Assembly (NCBI GenBank): GCA_964035545.1
Contig: OZ037767.1
Location: 16,799,781 to 16,863,780, forward strand
Direction of reading: 5' to 3'
DNA length: 64,000 nt
Origin: Bugula neritina
Lineage: Eukaryota; Animalia; Bryozoa
This document shows, one piece after another, positions 39,501 to 51,397 of the stretch (position 1 is its first letter; every line of letters starts with the position of its first letter). The notes beneath the pieces are model-generated. The model was not told where the DNA came from and made no database searches. It was given only the letters and a program-made list of their open reading frames with translations. The translations under genes and the position numbers were made by a program.

Positions 39501-42500
39501 TTGAGCAAATGGAACCCGGGCTAGTATGTATTGGCATTGTATACCAGTGGTTCTATGATAATATGGTGTGGTATAATCTAGTGTAATATCGTATAGTATA
39601 ATATAATATAATATAGTATAATATAATATAGTATAATATAATCTAGTATAATATCGTATAGTATAATATAGTATAATATAATCTAGTATAATATCGTATA
39701 GTATAATATAGTATAATATAATATAGTATAATATAATATAGTATAATATAATATAATATAGTATAATATAATATAGTATAATATAATATAGTATAATATA
39801 ATATAGTATAATATAATGTAATATAGTATAATATAATATAGTATAATATAATATAATATAGTATAATATTATATAGTATAATATAATATAATATGGTATA
39901 ATATTATATAATCTAGTGTACTATGGTATAGTATAATATGTTCTATTATATGTAATAAAAGACACATAAAGTACCTAAAATTGTTTCAGCTCACCACAGA
40001 AAAGGCGTCCTATGTGTGCTCCATGTTCTGTATTGCCTCTCATGTGTGTGATCACCAGGTGAATAATAGCAGTCAACTTCAACAGGTATGACCTTCTGTA
40101 TGACCTTCTCACCTCTACATGACCTCACACCTACATGACCTTCTCACCTTCACCGGCTTTCCATGGACTGATCTCAGATCGATCTCGGGGAGATCGATCC
40201 ATGGAAAGACGCCAAAGATCGATCTCCGTCGATCTGAGCTGGTCGGTCTGTGGAGCTCGAACTCAGATCGATCTCAAGGCCATAAGACCATGGAAAGACG
40301 AAAGATCGATCCGAGAAGTAGAAAAATACTGTGCGCTACAATGTTGTCTGCTAATAAAAATGATAAACTTTTTGATAATTACTAAGCAAAGTATTAAATA
40401 ATTATGATAGCCACCTTTTTAGATGCCAAAACTTTGACTTTCAGTACAATGATTAAGAAAACTCAATTATATGCAGTAGAAGGAGGAAAAAATGGGAGAA
40501 TTTAAATTGAATTTAAATGACTATTAAAACTTAGTTTCATTAGCTATTTTCTTTGTAATTTTAAGCCTAACAGTCCTGTAAGTTTATTAATAATCTGCAA
40601 GACAGCCATTAATTTTATACAAGCTGTCAAGCTAAAAAATTAAAATTAATTATTTTAAATTGGCCAAATTACCATACACTGAAAGCTTTGCTGCGTATAG
40701 TTTATAGCTGGGATTAAATTTTAGACTACGACAATCTTGTTTTCAACAGTAGTAGCTTTAATCACTCAAATAGGTGAACAAATTATACTTTTAAAGTACC
40801 CTTCACTTAAGAGGAGGCAACTTCGCGAGATCGATCTGACACTCTCATGGAAAAACGATGGATCTGAGCACATTTTTTAGATCGATCTGAGATCGGTACA
40901 TGGAAAGCCCGTGTTTTACTTCTTACTTCTGTATGACCTTTTCACTTTAATATGACCTTCTCACCTTAAGTTTTCTGACAATATATTGCATTCGGTAGAT
41001 CCTATTAAGATATTCAGTTTCATATGAATCTGTTTTACTAACTTTTGTGTTCTGTGACCAAATGTTACTAAAATTCTCACCCCTTTGGCATGTTACTCTG
41101 CACTATGTATTCTCTCCTGTGTTTTGGGAAGATAATTGTTTCCAAATGAATTTTAGCTCGATATCATCCAAAGTATCCTCCCGTTGATTACCCCCTGGGG
41201 CATGTCCAGCAAGTTCCACATGAGGATACACGCTCAGGCCACCCTACTCAAAATCTGGCAGCATGCTAAGGATTGTGGGCTAAGAGAAGAGTTGTCTTCT
41301 TCTTTCCCCTTACTCAAAGCTAATATGGAGTTTGCAATGCTGAGCGGGTATGAATTTTATATTCGCAGAAGTTTTGGATACTTATATAGACATGTATTGG
41401 TGCAGTTACTCTAGCTAGTCTCCTGCTAAGATTATTATGTGAAATTGCAACGAACATCGCAATTCATTGCGGTTGCATTACTATTAGTTATATTATGTGT
41501 ATATATATATTATATTAGTTATATTATGTGTATATATATATTATATTAGTTATATTATGTGTATATATATATTATATTAGTTGTATTATGTGTATATATA
41601 TATTATATTAGTTATATTATGTGTATATATATATTATATTAGTTATATTATGTGTATATATATATTATATTAGTTATATTATGTGTATATATATATTATA
41701 TTAGTTATATTATGTGTATATATATATTATATTAGTTATATTATGTGTATATATATATTATATTAGTTATATTATGTGTATATATATATTATATTAGTTA
41801 TATTATGTGTATATATATATTATATTAGTTATATTATGTGTATATATATATTATATTAGTTATATTATGTGTATATATATATTATATTAGTTATATTATG
41901 TGTATATATATATTATATGGTACACTAACTGTTGTGTCAAGTATATATCATACGATACTTATATCACTTCCCATGACCCTTGTTTGTAGTACTGCTACTG
42001 AGAAGAACTCTCGAAAACTTCTGGAGAATTTCTTTTACTTCAAATTTGATGCAGTTAAAGACTGGAGCTTAGAGGTCAGTGCATGCTGTACATGTTCTGT
42101 TGTATATATTAGTGTAGAGGTCAGTGCATGCTGTATGTTCTATCTGTACTGTATAGTGGTTAGTATTGTTACTGTACTACTGAACTCATCATCTCGTTTG
42201 TATTGAAGGCTATATTCAGTCTGTGGCCCCGTCTTCTTTCAATGGCAGATGGGGAGGCTATTCCCTACTGCCTTTTTGGACAAAAGACTAAGCAAGCTGT
42301 GCCAGAGTTGTGTTTTCACACAGAGCTGAGGACATGTGACCCTGGAACATGGCATGTCAAGGTCAAAGAAGGAGGTGAGACTGTCTAGTAGTTATGATTA
42401 CTAGTACTACTACTAGTACTATTACTACTACTAGTAGTAGTAGTAATAGTACTAGTAGTAGTACTAGTAGTAGAAATAGTACTACCAGTATTACTACCAG

Positions 42501-44038
42501 TAGTACTACTGCTATTAGTATTAGTAGTAGTACTAGTACAGCTACTACTACTCGTAGTAGTAGCTGTACTAGTACTACTACTAATACGGTTACTACTCTT
42601 ACTGCTGCTACTACGAGTAATAATTGCCGGAGTGTTGGTGTAAGTGGTAGTAGCACTAGCAGTACTAACAACTCGTACTGTTACCACTACATCATCTCAT
42701 ATAATTGTGCTTCCTTTTGGCAGATAATGAAACTGAAGGTAGTTTCACAGACATACAGAGAAAAATTTCAACATGGCGGACCATCAACCCATCACTGGAC
42801 TGTTTAGAAGAATTTCCAGCTAATCAGAGCATTAGGAAAGATGGGTTGATTCTGGTAACCTCCCTCATTGAGAAACTGCCAAACCTGGGAGGTAACATGT
42901 CTTTTTTCACCCCATAGTCTAGTGTATATCTACTCTATTACTCATCTATAGTCTAGTATCTATCTACTCTATTACTCACTCTATAGTCTAGTATCTATCT
43001 ACTCTATTACTCACTCTATAGTCTAGTATATATCTACTCTATTACTCATCTATAGTCTAGTGTATATCTACTCTATTACTTACTCTATAGTCTACTATTT
43101 ATATTATATTACATGACTGACATTTTAGGTTTATGTAGAACTGCCGAAATATTCGGGGTACAGGAAATGGTTGTGAATAATCTGAAGTTGATACAAGACG
43201 CCAACTTCCTGTCTACGTCAGTGACTGCTCATCAGTGGATTTCTATGAAACAAGTGAGGCATTTGTTGACATATTATATACTGCAGAGTAAAAACTAGCC
43301 ACAGGTGTTATTCTCACTGCTAACATGAGTATTGTTTTAGGTTCCTGCGCACTGCCTCCCACAGTACTTGAACGCGATGAGAGAAGAATATGACTACACC
43401 ATAGTTGCTCTGGAGCAGACCACCAACAGTAAACCACTAACTCACTATAACATGCCAGCTAAGACTCTCCTACTTCTCGGGTACAATTTCACTGTTCAAG
43501 ATTATGAGTTTTCTGCTGCTTTAAACAGCCGTTATCCATCTTGTTTGTTGGTTGACAATAACTAGATGCCATTAGTCTCTAAATTGTCTGTAGCTATCAA
43601 CAGTTTTGATGAAAAATATAAGTTCTTTGTTAGATCTATTTACATGTACAAGTTTGTGATAAATATATTCCAGTTGAACTTATCCTTTGCTCTGGTGTCC
43701 ATACACAGAAATCTGATCAGCAATGTAAAGCTTACTTATATTTGCTTTAAATTCTACCTTTCTAAACACCTAACTTAGAATGTCACTTTTGATGCTTGGC
43801 CTCCTTATAAGCCTAAGGGCTACCAGTTGAAAAAGTTAACAAAATTTGACTATTGTATTTTAGCAATGAGAAAGAAGGAATTCCTGCAGAGCTCATACAG
43901 CTAGCTGATGTCTGCGTAGAAATACCACAACAAGGAATTATTCGCTCTCTTAATGTTCATGTCAGTGGAGCTCTTTTAATATGGGAGTACAGAAAGCAAC
44001 GTCTGTTCGAACAGGAAGTTAGTGCAACAACCTCATGA
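30599..44038 (+). CDS. TARBP1: tRNA (guanosine-18-2'-O)-methyltransferase TARBP1/Trm3, multi-exon
   Basis: Long helical N-terminus ([60 protein letters not shown]) and a C-terminal SpoU domain ([75 protein letters not shown]). The start codon is uncertain. Confidence 0.92.
33090..33252 (+). repeat. ~50-bp tandem duplication straddling a TARBP1 donor
   Basis: acttgctactacctgttgacagctgtcactaacctatgtCAG|GTat.aac, about 3.4 copies; true donor at 33133. Confidence 0.9.
34470..35526. repeat. 22-bp minisatellite (gttatatgatgagtagagtaat)
   Basis: About 48 copies filling an intron. Confidence 0.97.
35719..36507 (+). mobile_element. Non-autonomous CMC/CACTA-like MITE, copy 1
   Basis: TIRs cacc/gggctttccatgtaccgatctcagatcgatctc, 3-bp TSD ATA, many subterminal gatcgatct repeats. 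Confidence 0.85.
36601..37350 (-). mobile_element. Same MITE family, copy 2 (inverted)
   Basis: Reverse complement of copies 1 and 3; TSD AAT (36598-600, 37351-53). Confidence 0.88.
38003..38347 (+). repeat. 26-bp tandem repeat straddling a TARBP1 acceptor
   Basis: tattattaCAG|GTgttcactgtacta, about 13 copies; the exon [14 protein letters not shown] starts at 38332. Confidence 0.9.
39570..39940. repeat. (AATAT/AGTAT)n pentamer microsatellite
   Basis: Low-complexity tandem run. Confidence 0.9.
40151..40913 (+). mobile_element. Same MITE family, copy 3
   Basis: caccggctttccatg...catggaaagcccgtg termini; interior closely matches copy 2; TSD imperfect (ctt/ttt). Confidence 0.85.
41482..41918. 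repeat. ~30-bp minisatellite (tattagttatattatgtgtatatatatatta)
   Basis: About 14 copies. Confidence 0.95.
42386..42690. repeat. (TAG/TAC)n low-complexity intron
   Basis: Imperfect triplet run; explains the Ser/Thr-rich ORFs. Confidence 0.9.
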
Positions 44039-46288
44039 CACAATGCATTATTGTCATTTCTAGAATGAAGGCAAATAAGAATTAAGCAGCAAAAGTGTTC
44101 TAGTCAACACTCACCTGTAGTAATATCGGTATGGGGCTCTAAAGAACACTGTTTTTATTGATTCGTAGAATGATTCTGTCAAAAGACCAATGAGATCATA
44201 TTTATCATGTCATTTTATTTTGGTAATAAATCATATCACAAAAATTTTGATAAAATAAGTCAATATTATATTTTTATTTTAAAAATGGCAATAACAGTAT
44301 CCAGGAACTAAGTTACTTCATATTGAAACAACTAACAAATTGCCAAACATCATTTTTTACCTACGCAATTATTATAAGGATTACACATATTTCTTTTTTA
44401 CATTTAAATTGTATAGTAAGCAGGTATCACATATAATATTTAGTCGGACCATGTAGCTCTCATTCCTATGATAGTATTTTATTAATGAAAAGAGAATAAT
44501 AAAACGCTTCCGCCTCAATATGAGCAATTTAAAACATTGAGAAGTGTGCTTAATTGCACCGAAATATTTATATTCAAAAACCTGCTAACTTGAAACTTTA
44601 GTCTGCTACATGAAGCCACTACAAACACAACATAAATTTTTAGTTGCAATTACTCTTCAATGATCAGTAGCTTATGAGCAGAGTTTTGGGGAGGCAGAAC
44701 TAGCAGCTAGCACATCGTTTTGGGCAGCACTTTTTTAAAAATCTTAATTCAAACTATCCAGTGCTTGCTGGTAAATGAAGGAAGAAGGTATGATGAAGGG
44801 CTTTGTGTGTCGTCATGCCACCAGCAGTTGAAGGACCTTCAAAGAATAGAAGACTAAAAATTTAGCAGATTAACATTAGAAGTCATGTAGAGAAAGTGAT
44901 GCAGGGAATATGAAACATTCAGGTTCATCAACAATGTTGTCACAGTTTCATTATTTTTTGAGCTATGTATTACAAATATACAGGGTTTAACAATAAAAGA
45001 TGGGGTACAGCTACATGTAAATAGAAAAACGCATCAACTATATATAATACAGTTCAATTGGTATATATAGCAAAATATTCACAACTTAAAATATAACTTT
45101 TAATTGGCTTTAGTTTTGGTATATTGTATTATATTAATGAGCCCATTGGGGAATATTACCTCCTGTGTTTGTGTGCGTGTGGGTGTGTTTGTGTGTGTGA
45201 GTTCGTGAGTGTGTGTGTGCAGGCGTGGATATATGAACAAGTTTTGCCACCGAGATTCAAACCAGTGTGTGCATATGCTCACTTAAGGAACTTTCAATGG
45301 TGTGTAAGCACAAACGATACAAAAACAAACAAAATTTTAAACTAAATTATTCTATCACAACAATCTGAAGAGTATATGCACTATCACAAGATTATGTTGT
45401 TATACGAAACAGAGCTGTAGTCAAATAGATAATCGATTATATGTAATTTTATCCAATATAGTACAATTCAATAATATGACTACTCCATTTTGTAATTAGG
45501 TATAAAAACTTTGAGTTCCAGTTGTTTACACACAAGAACTGCAGAAATAGAGAAAAATACCCCTTAATGTCAAGATAGTAGAGTTGTTTACCAAGTGACA
45601 GTGGTAACAACCACAATGAGTCATACATGTATTGAAATAAGTAAAGGACCCTTCAAAATCAAAGTTTGGCAACTATAAATTGTCAATTAACTACCACTAA
45701 GAAAAAGCAAACCAACAAAAGCTTAGTAAGTATACATTTGGAACACAAGTAAAAAAAACAATGAGTACACTGTAGGTAAACTAGAAAATAGCCATTAGTT
45801 TTCCTTGCTATCTGATATCTAACATGCCCTAGTATGGTGGACCAATCATCAATTTTAACAACTTTAAAAGCAGTTTTTGAATTTTGTTTCATGGTTCTTA
45901 ACTTTGTATGTTAAACAACTAAAAATAACCAGCATTTTATACTTTGTATTACAGTCTTAATGATCATACTGAGTCAGCTTTATACCAATACATATACGAA
46001 TATTTGGTACTAGCTACTGCTTATAAATTACAAAAGCTAATTTTATCTTGCAATATTATCTGTAAAGCTTTTTTCTTGAGCTAGACTGGGCTTGGGGATC
46101 ACACTTCCTTTGGGCCGGGGTTAGTGCCTGTTCCACCACTAGTTGTAAATTGCAAATTCAATTGCAAAGCTAAAATGACTCAGCTTGACTCAGCTATATA
46201 GCTAGCTACTGTTACCTATTAAGCTCTCACATTATTTTGAGCTAATATATTAATCAGTATCCTACTAGGCATAGACCTACAAGGTAGC

Positions 46289-46491
46289 TGGAATATAATG
46301 TAGCTGATAGTATTAGCAGGTTAGCAGACGCTAACTAGACGTCATTGGAAACCGGACTGACTCGCCTTACCAGCGATCGGATTAACGACCAGCCTACCAG
46401 CTGGCTTGGAAACTAGACTACGGAAACAAGTAAACCACGAGGAACCGGCACTCTAAAACTGACTGTCAAGTAAGTCGGACGTTATATTACA
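46289..46491 (+). repeat. 5' LTR
   Basis: tggaatataatg...gttatattaca; direct repeat of 56123-56325. Confidence 0.97.
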
Positions 46492-46509
46492 TGGCGCAGT
46501 CGGCAGGAT
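46492..46509 (+). other. Primer binding site complementary to the 3' end of tRNA-Ser
   Basis: TGGCGCAGTCGGCAGGAT; its reverse complement ATCCTGCCGACTGCGCCA matches the metazoan tRNA-Ser 3' end. Confidence 0.85.
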
Positions 46510-46920
46510 ACTGACAGTCGAGAGCAGCAGAGAGATCATCAGTAATAGAGGAGAGTTTATTCAGAGAGATTAAAATAACAATTATTTGAGGAGTAACGAG
46601 TGAGAGTATAAATAAGAGTTAAGGCTATTTAGAGATATCGTGAGGGAGAGTGATTTCATTTTGATTTTGATTTAGAGTTTGAGGTGATGGTGAGAGTTGA
46701 GGAGTAGATTGTATTTAGAGTAAAATTTAGAGAAGTGGTTAGTGGGATATCGTTATTATTATTCGTAATTCAGTTAAAATATTAAATTTGATTAAATTAA
46801 ATTTAATATTAGGTATAAGGATTAACTAAGTATTATTGAGCTTTCTGATACTGATAGTGATAATTAAAATTTTAAATTTTATTATCGCGCTCACGTTCAG
46901 ACCATAATGGCAACTAACAA

Positions 46921-47340
46921 ATAAAAAATCTTAGAAATGATTTATCAACTGAAAACAGAGCGAAGAATGTCATCATATTTGGCATTAATGAGGGTGAATC
47001 ATCCCCTGCTGACACAGTCGAACTGGTAAATTCTATGATTTCTGAGTGTAGTTTTATGTTTAATGCCACAAAATCTAATACTATTAGACTAGGGGCTAAA
47101 AAAGTAGATAAACCTCGACCTGTTAGACTCTCACTTGACTCAGAGTTTGACAAGTGGGAACTTTTAAAACGTATCAACAATCTCAAAGTACCAGGTACTT
47201 TTGCACGCCTAGACTTAACTAAAGAAGAGCAAAACAAGGATTTTCAGTTGAGACAACAGTTAAGAGACGTAAGAAAACAGGATCCTCTAAGCACATACAA
47301 AATACAGAAAAACCAAATAGTCAAAATATCTACAGATTAA
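46921..47340 (+). CDS. LINE ORF1 C-terminal fragment
   Basis: RAKNVIIFGINE...IRLGAKKVDKPRPVRL...DLTKEEQ motifs typical of CR1/L2-group ORF1; open from the insertion junction. Confidence 0.8.
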   Translation: MKNLRNDLSTENRAKNVIIFGINEGESSPADTVELVNSMISECSFMFNATKSNTIRLGAKKVDKPRPVRLSLDSEFDKWELLKRINNLKVPGTFARLDLTKEEQNKDFQLRQQLRDVRKQDPLSTYKIQKNQIVKISTD

Positions 47341-50066
47341 TTAGCATCAATGCAAGATCAATCAAAGGTAAAATTGCTGAATTACAAGCTATAGCTTCTG
47401 ACTACGATGTGATGTCTATCACTGAAACTCATTTAAACCCATCCTATGCTAATGCTCAAATCTTCCATCCAAATAACAAACTGGTTTACAGAAAAGATAG
47501 GAATGAATATGGAGGGGGTGTACTAATAGCTGTTAATTCGCAAATCTCACATTCTCCAATAGATATACCATCTGAAGCAGAAATAACAGCAATCAAGTTT
47601 AATTTTGAATCTAACGTAGCTCCTTATATTTTGGTAACATACTACAGACCGCCTTCAACATACAACATTAAACCACTTGTAGATTACATGTCAAAAATCA
47701 AAAAACTTTTTCCAGGGTCAACAATAGTTCTAACTGGCGATTTTAATTTACCTGGCATCAATTGGAATGACTTCACTTTCTCTAACAGTTGGAGAACTTT
47801 TTACAATGACTTCATAGATTTGTTATCGGAATTAGACATGGATCAAATTGTTAATGAGCCAACTCATATAGCTGGCAATATACTTGACCTTCTTTGCACT
47901 AATTCTAAACATTTAATTTGCGACTTAAATGTAATCCAACCAGGTGTCAGTGATCACTTTATGATTGAATGCTCAATAGAAGCACCCCAAAAGTTTAAAG
48001 AAAGTGTAGAAGATAGTTATACTTTTGTGTATCACAAAATAAATAGAAACGGTTTTGATTCCTCAATGGCAGCCTTGCTCTCAGAAGTGAACTCTCTAAT
48101 AAACGATATACAGCCCATTGATACTGTTTGGTCTACATTCAGAAATGGATTACATTCGGCAATAACTGACCATGTACCTAAAAAGCAATTTAAACCTAGA
48201 AAACATTTTCAACCTGTTTGGTTTAATAAAGATGCTCAAAGAGCTTGCAACAAGCAAAGAAAACTTTACTCACGATACAAGCTCACAGGTGATTCTGTTT
48301 TATTTGACAAATACAAAAAACTAAGGCGTGAAAACAAAAAACTATTTAAAATACTCAAAAAAGACTTCATGTGTGAAAAGTTATACTACCCATTGGCAAA
48401 TGGAGACTCGAAACCTTTTTACAGATATGTTAAAGAAATTAAAGGCAACAATAACAGTATTCAAAGCATTCAAATTAGTGAAAAGACCAGCTCTAATGAT
48501 TTATCTGACATTGCAAATACTTTGAACTTGTATTTTCACAGTGTTTTTACACCAGCACGTGTGCTCCCAGAAGCTCCGGCTCCAACTGATGCAGATAACA
48601 TATTAGTAACTTCTGAAGGTGTGTTAAAATTGATTAAGTCTCTCAAAAATGGTAAAGCTTCAGGGCCAGACTCTATTAACAAACAAAAGCTACTGCTCTC
48701 CCCTGAAATTATTTCTTCCCTATTAGCTTCCATCTACAACTATACATTAACAACAGGTACACTTCCATCAGAGTGGAAGCTGGCTCATGTCACACCAATA
48801 TTCAAACAAGGAAATCGTGAGTTGCCCTCTAACTATAGACCAATATCCTTAACATCAATAGTCTGTAAAATGATGGAGCACATTATACTTCACCTTATGC
48901 AAAACAAATTGAATGAGATCCTGTCCATAAACCAGCATGGTTTTAGAAGTCACCTGTCTTGCACAACTCAATTGGCCTGCCTAACACATGACATATTGAG
49001 TAATATGGACAATGGAATGGCTACACATGCGGCAGTGCTAGATTTCTCTAAGGCCTTTGATTTAGTTCCCCATCATCTGTTGATTCAGAAACTTATTGAG
49101 TACAAAGTAAATCCTCTTTTAGTAAAATGGATATCCTCGTTTCTAACCAGTCGTTTTCAGAGAGTGGTGATTAAAGGCCACAATTCTGATGCTGTAGCTG
49201 TTACTTCAGGTGTCCCTCAAGGTAGCGTTTTAGGGCCTGCACTTTTCACACTTTTCATTAATGACATCACTAAATGTGTAAAATACTGCACTGTAAGGCT
49301 TTTCGCGGATGACACTATACTATATACGCATATATCTAAAGACGAAGACAAGGAAAATTTGCAAAATGACCTTAACGCTCTACACAACTGGAGTATTAAA
49401 AACTCCATGAAATTCAATGCAACAAAAAGCAACATCATTGTGTTTGATAAAAGCCCTAAACCTATAACGCACACTTATTATTTGAGCAACGAACAATTAG
49501 TACAAAGTAGCTGTGTAAAATACCTAGGAATCTATTTGGTACATGATCTAAAGTGGGATTATCACATAAACTCAGTAGTCAATAAAGCAATGCGTATTTT
49601 AGGATTAATCAAAAATGTACTCTATGATGCTCCAGTTAAAGTTAAGCTCATAGCATACACTACCCTGTGTAGACCGCTTCTAGAGTATGCCTGCGAAATT
49701 TGGGATCCTGCACATCTCATGCTGAGCAACAATCTAGAGAAAGTTCAAAACAAGGCAGTACGTTTTGTAAAAAACTTAAAAGGCTGGGATGTCTCAGTGA
49801 CCGAATCCAAGGCGGAGTTAAACTTAAAGGCTTTAAATAAATCCAGACAAGAACACAGATTCACGCTATTCTTCAAAGTGTTGCAGCATGAAGCATTCTT
49901 CCCTAACCTAATTAACACTCTTAACTCCACGAAATCTCTCCGTAATACCAATATTGGGGACAGTAACTCTTTTAATTCAATATCCTGTAATACTAATAAT
50001 TTCCTGCATAGCTTCCTCATTAGAACAGCCCGTGAACTACGCACGGGAAAAACACTAGCAGACTAA
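47322..50066 (+). CDS. LINE ORF2: AP endonuclease plus reverse transcriptase
   Basis: SINARS, ITETHL, YGGGVL, YRPP, GDFN, LDL, SDH (APE); KASGPD, NYRPISLTS, QHGFR, LDFSKAFD, GVPQGSVLGP, LFADD, KYLG (RT). Uninterrupted; start approximate (no AUG before motif I). Confidence 0.95.
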   Translation, partial: QNIYRLISINARSIKGKIAELQAIASDYDVMSITETHLNPSYANAQIFHPNNKLVYRKDRNEYGGGVLIAVNSQISHSPIDIPSEAEITAIKFNFESNVAPYILVTYYRPPSTYNIKPLVDYMSKIKKLFPGSTIVLTGDFNLPGINWNDFTFSNSWRTFYNDFIDLLSELDMDQIVNEPTHIAGNILDLLCTNSKHLICDLNVIQPGVSDHFMIECSIEAPQKFKESVEDSYTFVYHKINRNGFDSSMAALLSEVNSLINDIQPIDTVWSTFRNGLHSAITDHVPKKQFKPRKHFQPVWFNKDAQRACNKQRKLYSRYKLTGDSVLFDKYKKLRRENKKLFKILKKDFMCEKLYYPLANGDSKPFYRYVKEIKGNNNSIQSIQISEKTSSNDLSDIANTLNLYFHSVFTPARVLPEAPAPTDADNILVTSEGVLKLIKSLKNGKASGPDSINKQKLLLSPEIISSLLASIYNYTLTTGTLPSEWKLAHVTPIFKQGNRELPSNYRPISLTSIVCKMMEHIILHLMQNKLNEILSINQHGFRSHLSCTTQLACLTHDILSNMDNGMATHAAVLDFSKAFDLVPHHLLIQKLIEYKVNPLLVKWISSFLTSRFQRVVIKGHNSDAVAVTSGVPQGSVLGPALFTLFINDITKCVKYCTVRLFADDTILYTHISKDEDKENLQNDLNALHNWSIKNSMKFNATKSNIIVFDKSPKPITHTYYLSNEQLVQSSCVKYLGIYLVHDLKWDYHINSVVNKAMRILGLIKNVLYDAPVKVKLIAYTTLCRPLLEYACEIWDPAHLMLSNNLEKVQNKAVRFVKNLKGWDVSVTESKAELNLKALNKSRQEHRFTLFFKVLQHEAFFPNLINTLNSTKSLRNTNIGDSNSFNSISCNTNNFLHSFLIRTARELRTGKTLAD

Positions 50067-51397
50067 TAAAAAAAGACCTGAACATCCGATAGTTCCACCT
50101 TTCCCCTATTTGGGGTCTTGGAACTAAATCAAGACAAGACAAGACAAGACAAAACACTAGGTTCACCGACCTCAATCGGTTTCCTAAGTTAGTTTTGAGC
50201 TCCGATAATCAGAGCGATAGTTTCAAGAAATGGGTAGTAAAATATAACCTGGCAGTTCGCTTAGCAACTCTCGAAATGGGTACTGAAACAGTCTCAGGAG
50301 ACACTGCCAACAGGTTTAGAGGCGAAACCAAGTTTCTTGCTCTTCTCAATGCTATTGGAGACAGTGGCATTGATGTTCTGCAATCACTGGGTTTCGATCT
50401 TGAGAGGAATGATAATGGTGCTCATGATGAAGCGCTGAAACTGTTGAAAGGCCACTACGAAAAGACCGAAAACATTCATGTGGCTTGGGTGAAGGCAGCC
50501 ACCTTATCTCAGACTTGTGGTGAGGATGAACTGGAGTACTTACTACGTGTTGAAAAACACAGCAGGAAGTTAGGCTTTGTAGAAGGAGCAAACGTTGAGA
50601 ATCTCAGGGAAAGATTTGCCATTAGCATGGCTGTAGTAGGGTTAAGAGATGAGTCAGTCAGGCGTCAACTCATGGTGGATGAAAACATCACCTGGAAGAC
50701 ACTGTCTGACACTTTGAAGACTAAAAGCATTGCTAAAGAGTCCAACATAGTGGTCTCAGAGGCTAGATCAGGCGGTTCTAGTAATGTAGATAGTTCAGCA
50801 AAAGTAGCTGAAGTCAGAGCTAAACCAGATAAGAGAATGGGTGGAGGATCACCTAATAGGTCTAGCTATTATGATGAAAGGGACAGTCGCAAATATAGAA
50901 AAGGCTCAATGAGCCCTAAGTCTAACAGGTATAGAGAAGGTTCTAGGGATAAGTTCAGAGGTAATTCCAGAGAGAGATATAGAGATAGTCAAGGAGACAG
51001 ATACAGGTCAAGGGACAGCAGCCGAGATTATTCTCGACACAAGTCCCCAGACTACAGGAGACGGAGAATGAGCAGTGAAAGCAGTAATGGCAGTTCAGAT
51101 GGTCTATGTTACATCTGCTATAAACCAGATCATATGGCCAGGAATTGCCCAGAAATTAGGTGTTATGTGTGTGGACAACCTGCTCACATCGCAAAGAATT
51201 GCAGGATGCGGAGGTCCCGCAGAATGAGACACGAGTCTCCAAGAGGTAGCTATAGAAGCTCGAGGAACAACAGCTCTGACAGGGAGCAGACGACAAGCAG
51301 GGGAAACCATCTCTCGTGGAGATCCCCCAAGGAAGAGAGAGACAGTTCTCGGGAGAGGAACACTAGATCAAGTAAAGTTAGGTTTAATAGCAGCTGA

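Larger units (their letters stand above)
46920..50152 (+). mobile_element. 5'-truncated CR1/L2-group LINE nested in gag
   Basis: ORF1 3' fragment plus intact APE-RT ORF2, short 3' UTR stem-loop, (CAAGA)4 tail; AACA on both sides (46916-19, 50153-56). Confidence 0.93.
46907..51397 (+). pseudogene. gag: gag, interrupted by a LINE: 46907-46918 plus 50156-51397
   Basis: Removing the LINE gives MATNTRFTDLNRFPKLVLSSDNQ... in frame; capsid-like region, RS-rich stretch and two CCHC knuckles (CYICYKPDHMARNC, CYVCGQPAHIAKNC). Confidence 0.88.

Noticed and set aside
40119-40401. ORFs inside MITE copy 3 as a transposase
   Set aside because: Short, no DDE motifs, and not conserved as ORFs in the other copies.
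46085-46145. Possible minus-strand terminal exon (GGTGTNPGPKEV*) or structured RNA
   Set aside because: Short GC-rich patch with no supporting upstream exons or recognisable fold.
50049-50160. aaaacactag shared between the LINE ORF2 end and its insertion site
   Set aside because: An 8-10 nt A-rich match could easily be chance; no mechanism can be supported from one insertion.
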